Of a stretch of 64,000 bases of DNA, positions 40,201-48,097 are shown piece after piece. The position numbers and the translations under genes are program-made. The number at the start of each line of letters is the position of its first letter. The first letter of the stretch is position 1. The stretch lies in the NCBI GenBank assembly GCA_050331455.1, contig JBHJGV010000061.1:1136-65135 (forward strand), given 5' to 3'. The notes under the pieces are model-generated. The model ran no database searches and had not been told where the DNA came from. It saw only the letters and a list, made by a program, of their open reading frames with translations. The DNA is from Alphaproteobacteria bacterium. Lineage in GTDB: Bacteria > Pseudomonadota > Alphaproteobacteria > JAJFIK01.

Positions 40201-40812
40201 GGCCGCCTGCAGCATCTCCGGATCACTGGTGAGACTCACGCCGACGAAATAGGCCACCAGGAACACCACGAGCGCCGTGTAGACCGCAATGGTGCTGCGG
40301 GTCAGATTGGCCACCGTGAAAAAGATCATGCCGGTGACGAGCAGGTTGACCGCCCCGATCACGAAAAAACTGTACACGTAGTGACCGGGAACCAGAGGAC
40401 CGAGGCGGTCCGGGTTCAGCCAGGGCATGGCGCTGCCGATCAGGATGGCCAAGGGCACGCTGGAAAACACGACCAGCACCGCGGCGAAGGCTCCCAGGAA
40501 CCGGCCGAGCAGGAAGGTCCGCGGAGAAATCGGCAGGGTATAGAACATCTCCTGGGTGCGCAGCTCCCCATCCCGCATCACCACATTGGAGAGCAACGCG
40601 GCGGGGATGAACAAGCCGATGAGCCCCATGACCAGGATGATCTGGGCAATCGCGAAGGGGGAATTGATGTTAACGTTCCCCGTCGAGCCGATGGTGACCT
40701 GATCGACCGTGACGGCGGCAAAGGTCAGCAGGAAGAAGATCGAAAAAATGATCGGCGACACAAGCTGGCGCCACTGGTAACCGAATTCGAAACGCGCAAG
40801 GCTCCACAACAT
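37216..40812 (-). CDS. ABC-2 type permease fused to M1 family Zn aminopeptidase
   Basis: Two multi-TM ABC-2 membrane halves, then HEVAHQWW..E (HEXXH-X18-E) and HYRKGA catalytic Tyr, C-terminal GIDPY.KLIDR. Confidence 0.9.
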   Translation of the reverse strand: MLWSLARFEFGYQWRQLVSPIIFSIFFLLTFAAVTVDQVTIGSTGNVNINSPFAIAQIILVMGLIGLFIPAALLSNVVMRDGELRTQEMFYTLPISPRTFLLGRFLGAFAAVLVVFSSVPLAILIGSAMPWLNPDRLGPLVPGHYVYSFFVIGAVNLLVTGMIFFTVANLTRSTIAVYTALVVFLVAYFVGVSLTSDPEMLQAAAPYDPLGFLTYGLETRYWTAFERNTQLVPLEGSFLVNRVLWLGVGIAFLVVNILTFSFRARSTRGGRRRKSDAATDARFVPTRIALPKVTPVFTGGTAWSQFALRTRFEVSAVVRSVAFWVLLALGIFNSLGALLNFDLLYDVPAYPVTRVMIELLFGTFSIVPAVVAVYYASEVVWRERTYQIHEIIDSTPAPNWVFVFSKFLAMALVLLSLMAVAMLTGIAAQLSKGFTQIDYGLYAFRLILVFGWPLLLTAMLSLFVQVISLNRYVGILIMVLVLVAQVSLVNVGYEHNLYQFGGAPFAPLSDMNGNGHYLTGVFWFYLYWTCFSGVLMMLSYLLWMRGGNTSLLMRISRMGGNLGPITAVALSVGVLGFVGSGAFIYYNTNILNSYVTRDDTEARAIAYEEAYRRYEDRLEPAIVDIQTDVDIFPDALRVEARGTYLLENKDDVPIDEVHYDVAFAPEVATLKLAGATLRTEDRTHNYFIFALDKPMAPGEQRTLTFKIVWDYDGFRNSNNGTRIVYNGTFVDSGQILPVPGFRRQKMILDRNTRRRLGKEPVDRMPKLEQTEYYNKNAYTRHSAWVPFRTTVSTKIGQTAIAPGYLTRDWQENGRHYFEYEMDTPILAFFSYLSADYAVARDVWKAERDGQPDVTLEVYYHEPHAYNVERMIEAMKLSFDYFTEHFSPFQFRQMRILEFPDYASFAQSFPNTVPYSEGIGFIADVRDPASIDIITYVTAHEVAHQWWAHQVLPANVQGSTMIVETFAQYSALMVMEKLQGPAIMRRFLKYELDTYLRARGGEQIEELPLNRVENQAYIHYRKGAVAMYALKDYVGEAVVNRALQRLIDLRAFNSEPYATTLDFLRILREEAGPEHDELITDLFERIVLWDLKVTQAEVTERDDGRFDVAITVEADKVEADGEGQEEAMPLDLPIDIGLFTIHPDDVNEGDDHVIEVKKHRVTTGKQTITVTVDERPAVVGIDPYAKLIDRNSGDNLKRL

Positions 40813-40849
40813 GGCCCGGGTCCCTCCTTGATCTGGCAATGGGTTGGGA

Positions 40850-41752
40850 TCAGGCCGCCGTCCGGGCGCCCTCGCCCGACCGGGTGGCGCGCTCGGCGAG
40901 CGTGTTGAAATAGAGATCCTCAAGGGTCGGATCCACCGGGTCGAACCCGGCCGGGGCGCTGTCCGCAGCCACATGAATCACCATGCGCCCCCCTTGCAGC
41001 CGCGTGGCAATCACCCTGTGGCGCGCCCGCGCCGCCTCCAGATCGTCCTTGTCCACCACGGTCCGCCAGATGCGGCCCCGGAGCCCTTCCACGAGGGCCA
41101 TGGGCTCGCCTTCGACGACGATCTGACCGCCGGCGAGAATCGCCATGCGGGGACACAACTGGGCCACATCTTCAACGATGTGGGTCGACAGGATCACAAC
41201 GACGTTTTCGCCGATTTCGCTCAAAAGGTTGTGGAAGCGATTGCGCTCTTCCGGGTCGAGGCCCGCGGTGGGCTCGTCGACGATGATCAGGCGCGGGTCG
41301 CCGAGCAGGGCCTGGGCGATCCCGAAACGCTGGCGCATGCCGCCAGAATAGGTGGCGAGGCCTTTACGGCGGACATCGTAGAGATTGGTTTGGCGCAACA
41401 ATTCGTGGACCACGTCCTTGCGTTCGCCGGACGGAATGCCCTTGAGGGTCGCCATGTGGAGCAGCATGCTTTCGGCGGATATGCGGGGATAGACGCCAAA
41501 ATCCTGGGGCAGATAGCCGAGGATCCGGCGGATGCCGGTCGGGTTCTCAAGGACGTCGATACCGTCAAAGGCAATCGTGCCCTCGTCCGGCTGTTGCAGC
41601 GTGGCGATCGTCCGCATCAGGCTCGACTTGCCGGCGCCATTCGGGCCCAGCAGACCGAACATGCCCTTGGGAATGTCCAGGGAGACGGCATCGAGGGCGC
41701 GCACACCATTCCCGTATGTCTTCGTCAAACCCTTGATGCTCAGCATGCCCAT
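40850..41752 (-). CDS. ABC transporter ATP-binding protein
   Basis: GPNGAGKS, YLPQDFG, YSGGMRQR, DEPTAGLDP, LSTH. Confidence 0.95.
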   Translation of the reverse strand: MGMLSIKGLTKTYGNGVRALDAVSLDIPKGMFGLLGPNGAGKSSLMRTIATLQQPDEGTIAFDGIDVLENPTGIRRILGYLPQDFGVYPRISAESMLLHMATLKGIPSGERKDVVHELLRQTNLYDVRRKGLATYSGGMRQRFGIAQALLGDPRLIIVDEPTAGLDPEERNRFHNLLSEIGENVVVILSTHIVEDVAQLCPRMAILAGGQIVVEGEPMALVEGLRGRIWRTVVDKDDLEAARARHRVIATRLQGGRMVIHVAADSAPAGFDPVDPTLEDLYFNTLAERATRSGEGARTAA

Positions 41753-42025
41753 CTCCCCATGAAAATCCGTCGTTCAGGACCCTTGGGATCATTACCCACG
41801 TCCCGGTCATCGCTTTAATTCTATCGGTCCCATGCTACGCGGCTATCAAAAATGCTGCGGACTTTGAGCAAGAACAGGGGCAGAGGGGACGCTTCAGCCG
41901 CATTTGCGGGCGAAGGGCCGCTGCCCGCGCCCTGTTGGAGTTGAATTCAGGTTCGAAATGTCGTCCTTTGGCTGGACAAAGGGTTTAGGGCCGAGAGGGC
42001 CGCAAATGAAGCCGGGAGGATTGGA

Positions 42026-44170
42026 ATGGGACGGTATTTGAACCGATGGACGGGCCGGGTTGCGCTCGGGCTCGCGCTGGGGTTGGGCGGCGGCTTGGCT
42101 GGCGCTCAGGCGGCTGGCACCCAGGCAGCCGAGGCTCCGCCGGCCAAGGGCGACCACGGCGCCATGGACGATGGTAAGAGGGACCACGGTAAGATGGGGC
42201 ACGGCTCCGGCCAGTTGTCCGTGTCGCGCGCTGCGCGTTCAGCGCGGATCGTGGTTCCGGAGTTCGCGGAAAATTTCCGCCTGAACGACCACGAGGGCAA
42301 GTCCCACGAGTTGCATTATCGCCGGGACGCCAAGGCCATCGTGCTAATGACCCAGGGCAACAGCTGCCCCATCGTGCGCAACACCGTGCCCGACCTGAGG
42401 GCCATCCGGGACGACTATGCCGACAAGGGCGTCGTCTTCTACATGCTGAATTCCAATCTGCAGGACACCCGCGAGACCGTCGCCAAGGAAGCCGAAGACT
42501 ACGGGTTCGACATTCCGGTGTTGATCGACGAACACCAGATCATCGGCGAGGGCCTTGGCGTGACGCGCACGGCAGAGGTCTTCGTGATCGATCCGGCCCA
42601 GGGCTTTCGTATCGTCTACCACGGTCCCCTGAACGATCGTCAGTCCTATGAGCGCCAGCGCGCTAAAGCCAGTGAGCCCTATGTGCGCCAGGTCCTCGAC
42701 CAGGTGCTCACCGGACAGGACGTGACCGTGCAGGGCCCGCCGATCATTCCGGGCTGCCTGATCAATTTTCCGTCCCGCAATGCCAATTCCCAGACGGCCA
42801 GCCTCACCTACACCAAGGATGTGGCCCCGATCCTGGTCAAAAAATGCGCCATCTGTCACCAGGAAGGCGGCATCGGCCCCTGGGCCATGACGGAATACAA
42901 GGTCGTCCAGGGCTGGACGCCCATGATGCGGGAAGTCATCCGGACCCGTCGCATGCCGCCATGGCATGCCGATCCCCATATCGGCACGTTTCAGGGCGAC
43001 CGCTCTCTGACATCCGATGAAATCAAGACGATCGTTCACTGGATCGAAGCCGGCGCCCCGCGCGGCGAAGGGGAAGACCCCCTGAAGAGCGCCGATCTCG
43101 CGGCTCCGGACTGGCCGCTGGGCAAGCCCGATCTGATCCTGAAAGCGCCGGCCTTCACGGTACCTGCGACCGGCGTGATCGATTACGAGCACCCCGTCCT
43201 AGAGAATCCGCTAAAGGAAACGAAGTGGCTGAAGGCGACCACCTTCAAGGTCGGCGCGCGGCCGGTGGTGCACCACATCCTGTCCGGCTACATGTCCCAA
43301 GTGCCCGAAGACGGCAAAGCCTGGACCAGCCGTTGGGAGTTCTCGACGGGCGGCTATGCCGTTGGGGCGGAAAGCATGGAATATGGTGACGATGCCGGCG
43401 TGCCCCTGCCGGCTGGCGGCGCCATCGGCCTGCAGATGCACTACACCCCGACCGGCAAGGAAATGACCGACGTGACAGAGGTCGGCTTCTACTTCCATGA
43501 CGAGAAGCCGAAATACATCAATCGCTCCACGGTGATCCTCGATGCGTCCATCGTCATCCCGCCGGGCGAGTCGCGTCATACGGAGACGGCCTATATCAAG
43601 TTTCCGAAAGACGCGATCCTCATCCAGGCTTTCCCCCATGCCCACTATCGTGGCCACGCCTCCAAGTTGACCCTACGGCGGCCGGACGGCTCGGAAGAGG
43701 TCCTGGTTTCGCTGCCGAAATACGACTTCAACTGGCAGCGGTCCTATGTGTTCGAAGAGCCCATCGACATCCCGGCAGGATCCCTGCTCATCGCCGATAC
43801 GGTCTATGACAATTCGGAACTGAACTTCGCCAATCCGGGTGCGGACAAGACGGTTCTGTGGGGCGAGCAAACCCATGAGGAAATGCTCTACACGGCCATG
43901 ATCTTCCGCTGGAAGGACGAAACCACGGACAATCTGAAAGAGGAGTACAACACACTCCTCGACCGCGGTCGTTTGTTCTGGTCGATGGACGACAATATCG
44001 ACGGTGTGCTCCAGCCCGCAGAGTTGCGCGGTCGGGTCGGTGAACCGCTCAAGCCGCATATCGCCAAGTTCGATGCGGACAAGAACGGCGTCTACAGCCT
44101 CAAGGAGTTCAACACCGCCCGTCAGACCCTGCGCCGCATGCGCCAGCAGCGCCAGCAAAGCGAAGACTAA
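42026..44170 (+). CDS. Exported redoxin / cytochrome c / copper type II (PHM-like) monooxygenase / EF-hand protein
   Basis: Signal peptide; redoxin (SCPIV, TRTAEVFV, GCLI); CAICH and MPPW; HH, QMHY, PHAH, EEM; DxNxDG and DxDxNG loops. Confidence 0.82.
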   Translation: MGRYLNRWTGRVALGLALGLGGGLAGAQAAGTQAAEAPPAKGDHGAMDDGKRDHGKMGHGSGQLSVSRAARSARIVVPEFAENFRLNDHEGKSHELHYRRDAKAIVLMTQGNSCPIVRNTVPDLRAIRDDYADKGVVFYMLNSNLQDTRETVAKEAEDYGFDIPVLIDEHQIIGEGLGVTRTAEVFVIDPAQGFRIVYHGPLNDRQSYERQRAKASEPYVRQVLDQVLTGQDVTVQGPPIIPGCLINFPSRNANSQTASLTYTKDVAPILVKKCAICHQEGGIGPWAMTEYKVVQGWTPMMREVIRTRRMPPWHADPHIGTFQGDRSLTSDEIKTIVHWIEAGAPRGEGEDPLKSADLAAPDWPLGKPDLILKAPAFTVPATGVIDYEHPVLENPLKETKWLKATTFKVGARPVVHHILSGYMSQVPEDGKAWTSRWEFSTGGYAVGAESMEYGDDAGVPLPAGGAIGLQMHYTPTGKEMTDVTEVGFYFHDEKPKYINRSTVILDASIVIPPGESRHTETAYIKFPKDAILIQAFPHAHYRGHASKLTLRRPDGSEEVLVSLPKYDFNWQRSYVFEEPIDIPAGSLLIADTVYDNSELNFANPGADKTVLWGEQTHEEMLYTAMIFRWKDETTDNLKEEYNTLLDRGRLFWSMDDNIDGVLQPAELRGRVGEPLKPHIAKFDADKNGVYSLKEFNTARQTLRRMRQQRQQSED

Positions 44171-44206
44171 TCGGTGCCTTGGACCGGTTCGACTTGAGCG
44201 ATCAAC

Positions 44207-44240
44207 AAAGAGGGTGCCGCGCGGCACCCTCTTTTTTTTT
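44207..44240 (+). terminator. Rho-independent terminator
   Basis: AAAGAGGGTGCC-GCGC-GGCACCCTC followed by T9. Confidence 0.88.
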
Positions 44241-44265
44241 GGCGCGCTTGCGCTTGGGCGCACCC

Positions 44266-44297
44266 AAAAAAATCGCCCGGCTAAGGAGCCGGGCGAT
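44266..44297 (-). terminator. Rho-independent terminator of htpX
   Basis: ATCGCCCGGCT-loop-AGCCGGGCGAT with an A tract on + (U tract on -). Confidence 0.8.
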
Positions 44298-44329
44298 AGG
44301 AATAAATGTCGCAGTCAGGACCGTATGCT

Positions 44330-45262
44330 TCAGCCCCAGGGGCCGGCCGCGCGGCGGGCTTTCACGGATCCCGTCGGTGATGCGCCCCCGCCCGCTTCGG
44401 CGAGCGCCTTGATGCGCACCTCCAGCGGCGGGTGGCTGGCGAAGAGGGCATGCAGCCGTCCTCCGCTAATGGCCATGGCCTGCATTTCGTCGGGCAGGGA
44501 CGGTCCGCCATAGGTTCGCTGCAGCGCCTGAAGGGCGCGGATCATCGAATCGCGCCCCGCAAGGTCGGCGCCGCCGATATCCGCTCGGAACTCCCGCTGC
44601 CGCGAGAACCACATGACGATCATCATGGCGAGAACGCCGAAAAGCATTTCGGCAATCAGGGAGACGATCCAGAAGGCGGGGCCGTGCCCCTCTTCCACCC
44701 GAAAGACCACCCGGTCCACGAAATGGCCGACAATGCGGGACAGAACGATCACAAAGGTGTTCACCACCCCCTGGATCAGGGCCAGGGTGACCATGTCCCC
44801 ATTGGCCACATGGGCGACCTCATGGCCAAGCACGGCGGCGACTTCATCCGCTTCCATATGGTCGAGCAGCCCGGTGCTCACGGCCACCAGGGCGGCGTTC
44901 TTGTTCCACCCGGTGGCGAAGGCATTTGGCGAGGGATGATCGAAGATGCCCACCTCGGGCATGCCGATGCCTGCCCGCTGGGCCTGGGCCCGTACCGTCT
45001 CCACAATGAAACGTTCGGCATCGTTGCGCGGGCGCTTGATGACCTCCACCCCCATGGACGCCTTGGCCATGGGTTTGGAAATCAGGAGCGAAATGATCGA
45101 TCCCGAAAAGCCGATGACGGCCGCGTAAACCAGCAAAGCCGAAAGATTGAGGTCCACGCCGTTCTCGGCGAGCAGACCGCTGAAACCGAACAGACTGAAA
45201 ACAATGCTGATCATCGCCAGAATGGCGATGTTGGTTCCGACGAAAAGCAGGATCCGAAGCAC
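44330..45262 (-). CDS. htpX: Zinc metalloprotease HtpX
   Basis: RILLFVGTN, PNAFATG, VAVSTGLL, HEVAH.ANGDMVT, FSRQREFRAD, SHPPL; GTG start. Confidence 0.96.
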   Translation of the reverse strand: MLRILLFVGTNIAILAMISIVFSLFGFSGLLAENGVDLNLSALLVYAAVIGFSGSIISLLISKPMAKASMGVEVIKRPRNDAERFIVETVRAQAQRAGIGMPEVGIFDHPSPNAFATGWNKNAALVAVSTGLLDHMEADEVAAVLGHEVAHVANGDMVTLALIQGVVNTFVIVLSRIVGHFVDRVVFRVEEGHGPAFWIVSLIAEMLFGVLAMMIVMWFSRQREFRADIGGADLAGRDSMIRALQALQRTYGGPSLPDEMQAMAISGGRLHALFASHPPLEVRIKALAEAGGGASPTGSVKARRAAGPWG

Positions 45263-45332
45263 CGGATGACCCTCCCCTAAGGTTGACGGCATGCCGCGCC
45301 GGGGCGCCCGACGCGTCATCGTGCCGAGCCTT

Positions 45333-45362
45333 AGATGGGACGAGCGCGGCCATGGGTTCAAG
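45333..45362 (-). promoter_or_regulatory. RpoH (sigma32) heat-shock promoter for htpX
   Basis: Minus strand reads CTTGAA-N17-CCCATCT, about 70 nt upstream of htpX. Confidence 0.75.
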
Positions 45363-45554
45363 GGCCCGACCCGGCGTTTTCGCTCTTCTTCCGGTATGGC
45401 ATTATGGAGTCAATGCTTCGAGCCGGACGGCAGGGGTGCACGCGCCCGCCGCATCTTGAGGTGAAGCCTGCCTCGCCCCCGCCCCGGGCTGCCTGCCGCG
45501 GCCCCGATCCGGTGCCAAACCCAGTACCAAAACAAGGGGGCATGGACCTGACCC

Positions 45555-46463
45555 ATGGCCGACGATCCCTACACCATTCTCGGCGTCCCGAAGGACGCCT
45601 CCCAGGACGACATTCGCAAGGCCTATCGCAAGCTTGCCAAGGACCTGCACCCGGACCTGCATCCCGGCGACCAGCGCGCAGAGGACCGGTTCAAGGCGGT
45701 CTCGGCGGCCTACACCCTGCTCAGCGACCCGGACAAGCGGGCCCAGTACGATCGGGGTGAAATCGACGCCTCGGGCGCAGAGCGGGCCCAGGGCTTTTAC
45801 CGTCACTATGCGGATGATAATGTCGCCGGACGGTACAGCTCCTCCTCCGGCTTCGAGGACCTGTCCGATCTGTTTACGGATCTGTTCGGCCAGCGCATGC
45901 GGGCCGGGCGTACAGGCCCCGTGGCGGGGGCCGACCGGCATGTCGCGATCCAGGTGGATTTCATCACCGCGACCACGGGCGGCAAGCAGCGCCTCACCCT
46001 GCCCGACGGCCAGACCCTGGACGTCACCATTCCGGCCGGCATCGAGGACGGCAAGACCCTGCGGCTCAAGGGCCGCGGGGGACCGGCGCCGGGCGAAGGT
46101 CCGCCGGGGGATGCCCTGGTGCGCATCGCGGTGCGGCCCCATGCGTTTTTTCGGCGCGAGGGCAAGGACATCCACCTCACCCTGCCCATCAGCTTCGACG
46201 AAGCGGTGCTCGGCGGGAAGGTCGAAGTTCCCACCCTGACGGGTCGGGTGACCATGACCCTGCCCAAAGGCGCCAATTCCGGCGATGTCCTGCGCCTCAA
46301 GGGCAAGGGCATCGCGCCCGCCGGCGCAAGTCTGGGGGACATGCATGTCACGCTGACCGTCATGATGCCGGAGCGGCTGGATACCGGCCTGACGGCCTTT
46401 GCCGAGGAGTGGCGCCGGACCAACTCCTATGACCCCCGCGCCAAACTGTGGAGGGACCAATGA
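45555..46463 (+). CDS. cbpA: DnaJ-class co-chaperone (CbpA-like, no zinc finger)
   Basis: J domain with HPD, DnaJ C-terminal domain, translationally coupled to cbpM. Confidence 0.85.
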   Translation: MADDPYTILGVPKDASQDDIRKAYRKLAKDLHPDLHPGDQRAEDRFKAVSAAYTLLSDPDKRAQYDRGEIDASGAERAQGFYRHYADDNVAGRYSSSSGFEDLSDLFTDLFGQRMRAGRTGPVAGADRHVAIQVDFITATTGGKQRLTLPDGQTLDVTIPAGIEDGKTLRLKGRGGPAPGEGPPGDALVRIAVRPHAFFRREGKDIHLTLPISFDEAVLGGKVEVPTLTGRVTMTLPKGANSGDVLRLKGKGIAPAGASLGDMHVTLTVMMPERLDTGLTAFAEEWRRTNSYDPRAKLWRDQ

Positions 46464-46807
46464 CGCCGAGCCCCGTCATCTTAACCGAGGAACAGGTGGT
46501 GGCCCGGGTCTCCCGGCTGACGGCCACCCAATTGCGCGTGTGGATCCGGGAGGGTTGGATCGTGCCGGCCGAGACGGACAGGGGCCCGTGCTTCGACGAA
46601 GCGGATGTGGCCCGGATCAATCTGGTCTGTCAGCTCCGGGACGATCTGGGGCTCGACGACTCCGGCCTGCCCGTCGTCCTGTCCCTCATCGACCAGATCC
46701 ACGGCCTGCGCCAGGAGCTCAAGGCCCTGGCCCAGGCCATCGAGGACGAACCCGCAGACGTGCAGCAGCGGATCGCCGAGGGCCTGCGCCGCCGCACACG
46801 CCCCTGA
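46460..46807 (+). CDS. cbpM: Chaperone modulator CbpM (MerR-like)
   Basis: W..EGW..P, FDEADVARI.L...LRDDL, VLSLIDQIHGLR; ATGA overlap with cbpA. Confidence 0.85.
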   Translation: MTPSPVILTEEQVVARVSRLTATQLRVWIREGWIVPAETDRGPCFDEADVARINLVCQLRDDLGLDDSGLPVVLSLIDQIHGLRQELKALAQAIEDEPADVQQRIAEGLRRRTRP

Positions 46808-46811
46808 TCCG

Positions 46812-47735
46812 TCAGCCGCGCTTGGCCCGGTCCTGGTCGTTTGCGGATTTGATCATGCTGCGGATCTCCTCCCAGTCCTCGTCATCCAGCTTGGCCAGGG
46901 ACGAAAAATTGCCGCCGCTGGCCAGATGGGCGCCGCCGTCGATTGCAATGGTCTGCCCGGTCAGGTAGTCGCAGCCGGGCGACAAAAGAAACGTGGCCAG
47001 ATTGGTCAGTTCATGCATCTGCCCGACCCGGCCCATGGGGTTGCCGGAGACGGAAGACTCCGAGCCATCCGTCGCCTGACCGGGACTGAGCCGTTCCCAG
47101 GCGCCTTTCGTCGGAAACGGACCCGGCGCGATGGCGTTGAGGCGGATGCCATGGGGGCCCCATTCCACGGCCAGCGATTTGGTCATGATGTTGACGGCCG
47201 CCTTGGACATGGCCGACGGCACCGTGAACGGCCCGCCATTCCAGATCCAGGTGGTCAGGATGGAGATCACACTGCCCCGATGCCCCCCGTCTATCCAACG
47301 GCGTCCTACGCCATGGGTGACGTAGAACGTCCCGTGGAAGACGATATTGGCGATGGCATCGAAGCCCCTGTGACTCAAATCCTTGGTGCGGGAAATGAAA
47401 TTGCCTGCCGCATTGTTCACGAGACCCGTGAGTGGGCCGCCGACGAAGCACGCCTCGACCATCTCCTCCACGGAGTCGGGAACGCGAATGTCGCAGGTGA
47501 CAGGAATGACCCGGCCGCCCTTCGGATGGCCCGCCATGATCTCGCCGGCGGTCTCTTCGAGCACGCTGCTGCGCCGGCCGGAAATGATCACATCGGCACC
47601 CAGCCTTTGGAAATGGCCGGCCATTTCCTTCCCCAGGCCCGTGCCGCCCCCGGTCACCAGAATTTTCTGTCCTGTCATCAGGCCCGGATGAAAGACCTCG
47701 GCCTCGGATGCCGGGACGCCTGTCACGTCAGTCAT
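46812..47735 (-). CDS. SDR oxidoreductase, 2,4-dienoyl-CoA reductase-like
   Basis: TGGGTGLG, NNAAGNF, SAMSKA, SLAVEWG, IAPGPFPT. Confidence 0.88.
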   Translation of the reverse strand: MTDVTGVPASEAEVFHPGLMTGQKILVTGGGTGLGKEMAGHFQRLGADVIISGRRSSVLEETAGEIMAGHPKGGRVIPVTCDIRVPDSVEEMVEACFVGGPLTGLVNNAAGNFISRTKDLSHRGFDAIANIVFHGTFYVTHGVGRRWIDGGHRGSVISILTTWIWNGGPFTVPSAMSKAAVNIMTKSLAVEWGPHGIRLNAIAPGPFPTKGAWERLSPGQATDGSESSVSGNPMGRVGQMHELTNLATFLLSPGCDYLTGQTIAIDGGAHLASGGNFSSLAKLDDEDWEEIRSMIKSANDQDRAKRG

Positions 47736-48097
47736 TCTTGTCTCCTCCTTTTGATCGGCCCGGTGGGATCCGTGGCCTCGCATTTATGCATGGCAGGCTA
47801 CCATACGGCGCCGGGAGGGGCCGACGAGCCCCCCTCGCAAGGAGCAGTCCGTCCGCGACGGGAGGACACAGATGCTTCGAATTGCTAACCAGAACTTGCC
47901 CCTCCGAAGGGATTCAACACTTGCTCCTGTTGCGCTCTTGCCGCCATCATTAAGGGCCATACCCGAGGCGTCGTCTATCGGCGGCGCCCCTCAGGGCATC
48001 CACGGCCCAGGATCCCCGTTCCCTGCGGAACCGGGGTCGGGCATGCAGGGTTGCCCGTGTGCGGGTGGAGGGGTTCCAAGTTTAAGGGAGTTGACCG

